Of a stretch of 20,000 nucleotides of DNA, positions 10,335 to 20,000 are shown one piece after another. Numbering within the stretch: the first letter of the stretch is position 1; every line of letters starts with the position of its first letter. The stretch is from Elsinoe ampelina (Eukaryota). Position numbers and translations under genes: made by a program. A model generated the notes under the pieces. The model was not told the origin of the DNA. It saw only the letters and a list, made by a program, of their open reading frames with translations, and ran no database searches. The DNA lies in NCBI GenBank assembly GCA_010093995.1, contig ML992506.1, forward strand, positions 1,616,992 to 1,636,991. Reading direction: 5' to 3'.

Positions 10335-11746
10335 ATGGCTACTGACATGTCCATGGAGACCCTTGTTGGTGAAATCAGACGCACTTTGGATGCTGTATCT
10401 GGTCTGTGCATATCCGAATGCGAGCAAGGACATCGCAAGGAAGCTCTCGAATTAGCAAGGACGCTCTCAAGGAAGCTCGAGGAACCACGAGAGACTGCAT
10501 TTCGTCATGCCTTTGAGGTAAGGTGCCCGCCACACAGCGTTTGCGTGGTATTGATACTCCCTAGTCGCACAATCGAAGTCTCTGTCTTCGACTGGCGGTT
10601 GATCTGAGGCTGTTCCACACGCTGAGTCGACTGGGAATCGCAACGGGTCAAGAGCTGGCTAAAGAATGTGATGCCGAAGAGCGACTGGTTGGTAGGTGCT
10701 CTTGGGTTCCGACTATTGCGCACTCTCTCATTGGATGACCTAGTCCGCATTATGCGAATGCTCTCCGCGGAGGGATATTCCGAGGAGATCGCCGAGTGGA
10801 CGTGGTCACCGACAGATTTGACGACAACTATGACCAACGCCTCTCTAGAGGCGTGTGTCGTTCACAGGTAATGTCCCCTGATAGATAAGGCACATTTCGG
10901 GAGCAGCGTTGATTCCGCAGCTTCGATATAACGGCTAGGGTACAATCCCATCTACCGGAATACTTCCAACAAGTCGGCTACCAGAGTCCGACATCCCACA
11001 GGGATGGTCCGTTCCAGTACGGTATGCAAACCGATTTGAGCTTCTTCGACTTCCTGCATGCTCACCCCGAGAGAGCATTGACCTTCGATGCCTATATGAC
11101 AGGCAACAGAAGTACACGCAAGCATTGGCTAGAATGGTTTCCGTTCCGTGAAGAAGTTCTGGATCCATGGATACAGAGGACAAGACATGATGACGATAGC
11201 GTGCTCCTTGTGGATATGGCCGGAGGTAGGGGTCGCGATGTCACCCTGCTGACGCAACGATTCCCAGAGGCAAGAAGCCACGTCGTTCTCCAAGACCTGG
11301 CAGGTACTCTGCAGGACTTACGGATGGATCGAGATAAAATCAGCGTTTGTGCTCATGACATTTTCGCTCCGCAGCCAATTACAGGTTCGTGGAGAAGGGC
11401 CGAGTCTTGCGCTTACGGGCTAATGCTAATGATAGGTGCTGAAATCTACTATACCCACTTCGTCCTGCACGATTTCTCGGATGAACGTTGCGTGATTATG
11501 CTCAACCATGTCAAGGCTGTAATGCGACCACATTCAAGGATTCTCCTCAATGAGATCGTATTACCTGAACAGGGTTGTCCCTCCTTCTTCGCGGCTGCCG
11601 ACATCACCATGATGACCAACCTGTCAGCATTGGCAAGGTCCGAGAAGCAGTGGAGACATTTGATTGAATCTGTTGGGTTGGAAGTGGTCCGGATATGGAA
11701 ATCGCCAGATGCCGAGGATTGGGAGGCAGTGATTGAAGTAAAATAG
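10335..11746 (+). CDS. SAM-dependent O-methyltransferase (COMT/Methyltransf_2 type, fungal OmtB-like), ~402 aa, 5 exons
   Basis: Introns 10518-10564, 10692-10743, 10868-10920 and 11385-11435 give one frame. It has an N-terminal dimerisation region (LRLAVDLRLF), SAM motif LLVDMAGGRGRD, VVLQDL, HDIFAPQP, catalytic VLHDFSD and RSEKQW. Confidence 0.92.
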
Positions 11747-11990
11747 AGCCTGCGAGCAATGAACTGAACAGAACAGCATTAGGTTAGCGTACGCTGGGAG
11801 ACGTGTTTCGATCCAAATGGCACTTGATGACTCCGATAAGCCTAAGTTGTAGTCATGACCACACTGTATAAGGACTGGAATGAGAAGACGTCGGAGATCG
11901 CATCTTGAAGCCAAGACGACCACGCCAAGGCCCCCCGGCGCCACGACAGTGAGGCATAATTGCAACTCAAGCACTCCATTGGTAATCGAC

Positions 11991-14900
11991 TCAGTCTACG
12001 AGCGTTCCCCGGAGCTTTGCCGCATCGGGACTGTGCTGTATGAGGTCGTGAAACGCACCTCGTGCTTTGTACAGGTCCTTGGGCGCGCCGCATTCGACCA
12101 GCCTACCGGCATCCATGACCGCGACTTGTTCGAGATCCAGGACGGTGCTCAATCGATGCGCAATGATAATCAAAGTGCTTTTCCCGCACGTTGAGCGAAG
12201 TGTGGTTTGAATGCAGTCCTCAATATCTGCATCGACCGAGCTGGTAGCCTCGTCTAGTATGACTATCCGGGCGTCCCGAGCGAGGCCCCTTGCCAGGCAT
12301 ATCAATTGACATTGACTCTGTGAGAGGTTCTGTCCGCGCTCCGTGACCTCAAAGTCTAAATCAAGAGATTGGCGCGTACTTTGGCTCGAGCTGGATTGTG
12401 TGTCCACCGATGCGGGATCACGCGCTAGGCCTACGTCCTGGAGCGCTTGATTCAAGGACGAGTCACGCAATGTCGCCGAAGGATCGAGATTGTAGCGAAT
12501 TGTGCCAGCAAACAGCATCGGGTCTTGAGGTACAAAGCAGATGCGCGCTCGAAGCTCAGCAAGTGGGACATCCTGGATGTTGAGGCCATCGATCTTGACG
12601 AATCCCGAGCTGAAGTGCAGACACCGAAGCATTGCTTGTGCGAAGGAAGACTTCCCAGCTCCGGTCCTACCGACAATTCCAACGCGGCTTCCCGGCGGTA
12701 TGTCGATCGTGATTCGTTTGAGGACAGAAGGCTCCCCAGGAATGTAGCTTGCACAAAGATCTTGAATAGCCACATGACCATGACTCGGCCAGTCTTGAGG
12801 AATGCTAGCTCCAGAGTAGTCTTCGCTCGGGACTCTGGCGTACTCTACGATACGCTCAACTGCGTTCATGTCTATCTGCAGACTTGCATATCTTGAGATT
12901 GCCTCTTCAGCATGAGCAGAATATCCAAGCGCCAAGGTCAGAACCAGTCCAGCCAAAGAAGGATCGATGTCGAGATTCGCAACGTACAGTGCTACAACGA
13001 GCACGAACGCTGAGCCGATCATGCCCATGCGGAAGTCCATCCACTGGTATACGAGCGAGAATGCTTGACTGGCTCTGATCTGGTCATCCAAAAGCTTATG
13101 CATGCGGCGAAGATAATACTGCTCCTTGCCAAAAGCTCGAATGGTCGATGAACCAAGGCTGCAGGAGCTCAGGAGGTCTAGCACCGGAGACCGAGTGACC
13201 GCATCCAGTCGCCTCGTACCACGAGCCGCTCTTAGATAGATCACTGAGTACCAGAGTCCGAGCACCATTAGGAGGCTCTCTGGTATGATGAGCAGCGGAG
13301 AAATCAACAAAGCCGCCACAGTCAAGGTCAGTAGACCAAAGACTGATGAGAAGAGCATGTGCCCGTCTCCGGGGAGCTTCGTATCCATCAGAGTGCAATC
13401 GGCAGACATGCGATTCTGGATCCGCCCAGTCGGCGTCTTGCTAAACCATTGCAAAGGAGCATGTAGCAGACCGGCCAATGTGGCTGCGAAGAGCTTCTCG
13501 GACGCAGTAAGCGAGCCGCGATAGAAGAGCCAGCATTTAGCTCCCTCCAGCAAGGCTGCTGACATAGAAATTGCAACGTACAGAAAGAGATAAGCCAGTA
13601 AGTGCAACGTCTGGGACTGGATTCTTGAAGATGGTTCAGCCGGCTTTGATCCAGCGTCCTGCCAGGTCCAGACAGCTAGTGCAAAGTTGCGTGCTAGAAA
13701 GACTGCTTGAGAAAGCCCGACGGTCAGAAGTGCCAAGGTCCAGAAAGAAGGTGTGCCTGCCGCTCCTGAATACTTTGCGTAGAGGGACCATGGGACGTGG
13801 CCAGTCTCTGTGTGCTCGTCTGTCTGGTCTCCGATGTCGTTTCCCACAAGTTGATCACTGCAAACGTGCCCACGATGTCGTCGATCCACGAGCGAGTCGG
13901 GAGTCGTCTGCATGAGATTTGTCTGCCTGGCCCGGCACTCCTCGTTGTTGGCATATACATGCGCAGGGTGACCATGCACGAGTTCGACAGCATAAGCTGC
14001 GTCGCTCAAGAACCTGTCTGGCTGGTTACTCGCCACAATGACTGTTCGTTCGCCCGTCAGCGATCCCATGACACCGAACTTTGCAATCTGTTGAGCTGTC
14101 CTGGTGTCGAGTGCGCTGAACATCTCATCAATCACAATTGTTTGAGCGTGCGAATACAGGGCTCGAGCTAGGGAGAGTCGCAACCTTTGTCCGCCGCTCA
14201 GTCTGAGACCCTGAATTCCGATGTTGGTAATGTCGCCGTATTCCATCGCCTCAATGTCCGGACCCAGGGCAACAGCCTCGAGAACCTCGTTGTATCTCTT
14301 GGTCTGGTAGGGTGACCCAAAGAGAACAGCATCTCTCACGCTGACAGCTTCGAGCCAGGGGTCCGACGCAACGTATGCTATGGGACTGATCACATTCTGA
14401 TCGGAGCTGCGATGCCCTTGATGCCTGGCTGAACTCTCGGCAATGATGAGCTGACCATTTGTCAAGTACGCTTCACCGAGGATTGCGTTGAGCAGCAGTG
14501 ACTTCCCCGTGCCGCTCTGTCCAAATACAAGACTGGACTACTGATTAAAGACCGCTTTCCATGTCGTCGCAGAAAATTGCACTGACCTGAAAGATCTGCT
14601 TGGAAAAGCACAGTTGACCCGTGCCAACATGAATGATCGGTCAGTGTCAGAGTCTTTGCCAGGACTCCATGCTATTGTGGCGTTCTGTAGCTCCACTTGA
14701 CTTCCAGGAACCCTAAGATCTGGCTGCTCGAGTCGATGGAGGTACTTTGCAATTCTCGCACAGCTACTAAGGGCGTCTAACGATTGTATGAGGCCGTAAG
14801 GCAATAAGGAGAGCGCAGATTCGAGGTTTGAGAACGTCGCCAAAGCAGTAAAGGCGATGGCAGGATTCAGTGCACCAGCGATGAACGCATAAGATCCGAG

Positions 14901-16544
14901 AGAGAGCACAGCGAGCAGTATAGGAGACAAGATCCAGAAGACTCGTAGGATGACAGTCCATCGGAAGGCCATCCGCTGTTCGTTGAGCTCGTCTTGACGT
15001 TGCTGCATGATCTTACGCTGCCACCGATCTTCGGCACCTGCAAACTTGATCTGGCGTATGCCGTCAAGAGCTTCTTTGGTAGTAGAGAGCCTCGTGTCTC
15101 GAAAGGCCATTAGTTTTGACTGACACTGAGCATACCTTTGCGAGGCAGCCGCATTCAGAGGCATAAGAAGTAGCGGTCCAAGAATGCCGATCAATGTGGG
15201 TATCCAACCGATCAGGTTGAAGAGAAGGCCAAGTGATGCAACGACTGTGATCAAGATGTTCAGAAACACGTGCTGTCTCGCCGCAAATTCTGCCACTCTT
15301 GGGGCGTCCACGCCGACGAGACTGACCACATCCTGGGAGGCTGATTTGTCCGCTTGTACCTGGACGTATCTTTCATCTTTCTGTGGCGATATCCCGAGCT
15401 CTGCTAGATGGATACCGTCCGATTTGTGGTCGTGGGGAAGCCCAACCTGTGAAGCGTCCATGTCGACCGCAGAGGCGGGAGTGCTATGAGAATGCCGTTG
15501 CAGGCACCGTTCAAAGATTTTACAGGAGAGTTGCGCGCGTATCGGTAATTCCAGTCTCGATGAAGAGGTCCACAGGAGGCTATAGCGATTAGCTCTGAAG
15601 AATGCCTGACGGTGGTGCTCATCTCACTGTGACTCAACCATCTGTTGCACAAAGCACGCCAGGCCGAAAACGACCGCACATTCAATTCGCTCTAGCTGAG
15701 CGTATGTGCTGGACGAATCAATTGATTGCAAAAGCCTAAGCAAAGCAATCTGGGTAAATAAAGCTGATAGCGCTAGAGTTCCGGACAAGACCCACTGCAA
15801 GTAGCAGGAGAATCGGTGAGATTGGAAAAGAGCCAGGACCAGGCCAGAATGACTAGACCATGCTCGATTGAAGTTGACAGTCAAAGAGGAGGTACTTGAG
15901 ACAGTCCATATGCTCGGCAAGGACCGAAGCTGCAGTCTTTCTACAACGGATGCATGATCAAGAATAGGTTTCGCCCAAGCAAAGGTCAAGCTGCTCGAAG
16001 TCAGCTTTGGTCATACTGTCAATCTTGTAGTACCTACGATCGCCAATGCGTACTTTGCCTGCTGTTACCATGTTCATCGTGCCTTCGGTGCCGTGGCGAC
16101 AACTGGGAACACCCCATGATAAGAGCCATTTGCGTCAAGCAAAGAGTTGCCATGGAGATATAGAAACACAGCAATGCCTTCTGCGAAGATGGCAACGGTG
16201 CCAATGTTGCGTTGAGCGAGTTGTTCTTCAACTCCGAATATGCAATCGCAAGGATCAATGCTTGTGGGGGCAACGCCAACCAGCCATTGTACTTACCTAG
16301 CAATTTTCGATGCTGACAGTGTACAAGGGTCGCTAACGATAGCAAGAACAGCTTAAGGCGAATGAGCTGCTTTGCTGCGACCCGTATACAACCATGTACT
16401 TACCCAGCTTCCAATGATGACGGTCGCGGCCATTTCACGCGGCCGGACGCTTGCTTTGTTGACCGACTGTTGTGCCTGTTGAAACTCCACTATCGCAGCC
16501 AGAATGGTGCCAGCCACATTGATGGCGATCATCAATGCATCCAT
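11991..16544 (-). CDS. Second ABCC transporter (Ybt1/bile-acid-transporter-like), ~1450 aa, at least 5 exons; 5' end uncertain
   Basis: Introns 16403-16352, 16037-15991, 15627-15580 and 14586-14533 give a continuous frame. Motifs are LTFAWAKPIL, EALDGIRQIKF, NBD1 GQSGTGKS / LSGGQ / IDEMFSALD, and NBD2 GRTGAGKS / VPQDPMLFAGTIRYNLDP / LSQSQ / ILDEATSSVD / IAHRL. Confidence 0.9.
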
Positions 16545-16980
16545 GGGGTCGTGGTAGGTTTATCCGCAACCATGGAAGTGAGGGTGCAAGAGCGTTGTAG
16601 TTTCTCACCAGCAAGCTAATATGGCTCGTCGGAAGATGTGTAGAGCACGTCGTGATGGTGATCGATGCGAGACTTTGTCGCCGCACAATCCGACACAATA
16701 ACCCGTCTAGCGACTTCTACTCTCGCTTCCAGTCCTGGCCACATAACCAGTGAGCTGATGTTCGTGGGACATGTTGCACAGCATAGCTGGGGACTGAGGT
16801 CGACGAGCGCATCCTTGCGGTCGGTTTCGTGGTCGTGGTACACCATGCTCCGACCAAGTGTCAGCTTACATAGCAGTATGAAGAAGCAGGGGAGCTTGAA
16901 AGAGGATGGGGAACAAGAAGGTCGAGGTACAGTAGCGTGCGGCTCAACGCGACGCGTCAAAACGGCTGACTAATCCACTG

Positions 16981-17122
16981 TGTTGTAACTAGCAAATCGG
17001 ATCGAGAGACGTGTGTTTCATTCAGAGAGTTACAATAACCGATTTATCTACTGTGCGTGCGCTGACTCATCAGTACCAGTTCTTTAGTACTAGAGAAGCT
17101 ATACTAGCATTCTATTATAACA
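16981..17122 (-). repeat. Putative 3' LTR (142 bp) of the Copia element
   Basis: The ends TGTTGTAA...TTATAACA form an 8 bp inverted repeat with one RIP-type mismatch. They are immediately followed on + by CTCCCCCT, which is the PPT on the minus strand. Confidence 0.75.
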
Positions 17123-17130
17123 CTCCCCCT
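17123..17130 (-). other. Polypurine tract (AGGGGGAG) preceding the 3' LTR
   Basis: The minus strand reads AGGGGGAG-TGTTATAA, the typical Copia PPT/LTR junction. Confidence 0.75.
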
Positions 17131-17281
17131 CTAGTATAGATTACTAAAGCTAGAGAACTGTCCTATTACATGTAAGTAAAGTGATTAGCTTATTACTTTA
17201 TCTCTTTATAATTGCTTATAATTGTTAGTGTTAGCTAATTATTAGTAAGAATTTACTATTAGTTTAGCTTATAATTGCTAG

Positions 17282-17491
17282 NNNNNNNNNNNNNNNNNNN
17301 NNNNNNNNNNNNNNNNNNNNNNNNNNNNNNNNNNNNNNNNNNNNNNNNNNNNNNNNNNNNNNNNNNNNNNNNNNNNNNNNNNNNNNNNNNNNNNNNNNNN
17401 NNNNNNNNNNNNNNNNNNNNNNNNNNNNNNNNNNNNNNNNNNNNNNNNNNNNNNNNNNNNNNNNNNNNNNNNNNNNNNNNNNNNNNNNNNN
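17282..17491. other. Assembly gap (210 N)
   Basis: Run of N characters. Confidence 1.
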
Positions 17492-18899
17492 ATAAGCGCT
17501 ATAGTATAGTAATAGCTAGGTATTAGTAGTATTACTACTAGTACTAGTGCTCTAAGTAGTCTACTAGGTAGTAGAGGTAGTAGTAAGAAGAGAAATTCTC
17601 TATTAAGGTTACCTAGTACTTCTAATGTTAATTATAATACTACTATAAGACTAATTACTTGTCTTAATGCTCTTAGTAAGTAGCTATAAAGTATTAATAG
17701 CATAAGCTAACATTAATAGCCTAATTAACTTAGACTTTAACTTAATAGTTAGCCGACATAATCTAGAATACTCTCCTTAGGCTTAGGATAATTAGTTATT
17801 ATAACTATACTAACTTATATCCTATCTAGAGGTCTATAGTAGTCTAGGCCTTTAGTACCTATAGTGTATATCTAGTAGTTACTAATCCTATTCTAGTTAA
17901 GGATCTAACTAAGTAAGTTAACCTTACTAGATCTACTAACTACTCTACTACTTTAATAGCTTCTAGTGCTACTAGTAGAGTAGTCTACTATAGCACTAAT
18001 TACTGTACTAAGTATTAGGGATCTAACCCTAGCAATAATTAGAGCAAGGGTAGGGGTAGTAAGTTTAGTAAGTATATTACTTTACCTAGTTAGCTTAATA
18101 AGGCCTACACTTACTATACTTATAGTAACTAATATGCTAGATGTTCCTTAGCTAACTATACTCTAACTCTAAGGCCTATTAGCTCTCCTAAACCTATAAG
18201 GACCTTAAGTAGCTTAAGAGTTATTACCTAGCCTATTCTATATAGCTTAATATATCTACTAATAGAGCTCCTAAGGTCTATCTCTTTTAGTAGTGCTTTA
18301 CCTTAGAGGTTCTTACTAAGGGCCTATATACTAGGGGCATTATTAGGTATAGTTAACACCTCGATAACTTATACTAACTCTTGCTACTTTATAGTAGTCC
18401 CTACAAACTTTGTAGATTCTACTAACCTAACTACTACTAAGGTTTATAACTTAGCTACTATAGTAATAAACTATATAGTAGAGCTTATAAGAATTATAGC
18501 TACTAGCTACCTTAGTTAGCTTTCTTCTATTTATGCCTTTATACTAGGCCTAGTACTAATAAGGCATAGTAGGTCTAGATCTAACACTTCTATAAGGTCT
18601 ACTAGTAGTAATAAGGGAAGAAGTTCTCCTTCTATAAAGAAGTAATTAGAGGTAGAGGATAGGTAAAAGTTATTAAAGGTAATAATAGTACTAAGTAGTA
18701 GATATAGCTTAGGTATAAGTAGCTAGTAATAGAGTTATAATAGCTTTTTCTTTCTCTCTTCTTAATAATAAAATAATTTACTTTAAGCTTTAGACAAATA
18801 AGATAGCTTATTAAGTAGTAGTAGTATAAATAATATACTTAAAATAATAATATATATAAAATCTAAATAAGTATATAGTGTAGATATATACTAAGTAAT

Positions 18900-20000
18900 T
18901 AGCCTTTACTAATTAATTAAGGATCTTGTTAAGAGACTTAGGCTTTATAAGTACATTAGCTAATTACTAAGTTATATTAATATACTTAAGCTTAATTACT
19001 TTAAGTTTATACTACTCTCTATAGTAATAATTCTTTAAATTAACATACTTAGATCTTCTTAAATTAGTATAATCTCTTATAAGTTTAATAGCTAACTTGT
19101 TATTAACAAAGACTATAGTTAGGCTAAGGTAAATATTAGTAAGTAGCCTAAGTTTAATAATAAGATTTCTTAACTAATTAATCTCTCTATAGGTCTTAGT
19201 AAGGGCAAGGTATTTAGCCTTAGTACTTAATAACATAATAATCTTCTATAGCCTTAATTTCTAAATAACTAGTATACTAAGTATATAAATAATAGTACTA
19301 GATATAGATCTTGTAGTTAATCTATCTCTAGCAAAGTCTAAGTTAGAGTAGGCCTTAATTGTGTTAACTAATAGTCTATTAGTCTTCTTAAAGGTAAGGC
19401 CCTTTATAATAGTCCTATTAATATACCTCTAGATCTACTTAGCTATAACTACATAAGCTATAGTTAGATTCTAAAGGAACCTAGCTAGGTAATTAGTAGC
19501 ATAGCTAATATTAGGCCTTATATTATTAGCTAGATATTACAATTTACTAATAATTCTATTAAATGTCTTATAGTACTAAGTATTAACTTAGCTATTAGTT
19601 AGTTTATAGAGTTGATTAATAAGATGCTTTATAGTTCTTACTTAGTAAAGATTATAACTTTTAAGCTTCTTCTTTAAGTAGTGTAATTGCTTAATCTTAA
19701 TTAAGTCCTTAGTTCTATAAAGTTAAACACTAAGGAAGAGGTTTAAGTTTATAATCTTTATTAGAAACTTAAGATAAAGATCTTTAACTAGCTTATCTAT
19801 ATACTTCTACCTAGTAGTAATAATCCTAAAGTTATTAACATACACAAGAACTATATAATACTTATTAATAAAGAGATAGGTATTACTATAGGATCTAATA
19901 AAACTAAGTAATAGAAGTGCCTTAACTATAGCGTTATACTAGAGGGTAGTAGCTTACTTAAGCCTATATAAGCCCTTTATAAGAACAATAAGCTTGTCCT
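18900..20000 (-). pseudogene. Copia pol relic: reverse transcriptase + RNase H
   Basis: The minus frame matches Copia motifs after reversing RIP changes: KGLYRLK*A (LYGLKQA), LVYVNN at 19842-19831 (YVDD), IRPNISYA (TRPDISYA), AYSNLDFARD (YSDSDFAGD), LSTKAKYLAL (SSTEAEY), VNNKLAI (DNKSAI), RSKYVNLK (KHVD) and LANVLIKP at ~18960-18940 (LADVLTKP). The left end is approximate. Confidence 0.9.

Larger units (their letters stand above)
16981..20000 (-). mobile_element. RIP-degraded Ty1/Copia LTR retrotransposon (3' part); continues past the right edge
   Basis: Abrupt shift to AT-rich, TpA-saturated, CpA/TpG-depleted DNA. An LTR and PPT lie at the left end and Copia RT/RNase H relics at the right, all in the same orientation. 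Continuity across the N gap is assumed. Confidence 0.85.

Noticed and set aside
16261..16296. Perfect GTAAGT donor inside ABC2 exon 2 (possible 36 nt intron)
   Set aside because: Shorter than all other introns here, has no clear branch point, and the frame is open without it.
17275..17526. ORF spanning the N run
   Set aside because: Assembly-gap artefact.
17080..20000. AT-rich block as mitochondrial insertion, centromere or contaminant
   Set aside because: TpA excess with CpA/TpG loss and recoverable Copia motifs explain it as a RIPped retrotransposon.

Overview
This is eukaryotic DNA, inferred to be a filamentous ascomycete from its short 44-57 nt GT-AG introns and RIP signature. The left edge holds the 5' end of an Ark1/Prk1 (NAK)-type Ser/Thr kinase, a housekeeping gene. 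It is followed by a compact ~16 kb secondary-metabolite-like cluster of six apparently intact genes: a DUF3328/UstYa-like HXXHC oxidase, an ABCC exporter (14 introns), an Fe(II)/2OG dioxygenase, a UbiA/Coq2-type prenyltransferase, a SAM O-methyltransferase and a second, Ybt1-like ABCC transporter. No PKS, NRPS, terpene cyclase, transcription factor or recognisable RiPP precursor is visible. The cluster ends at a heavily RIP-mutated Ty1/Copia retrotransposon on the minus strand. It shows a 142 bp LTR, a polypurine tract, a 210 nt assembly gap, a possible extra antisense ORF relic and RT/RNase H relics. All family calls come from manual translation and motif recognition; no database searches were run.
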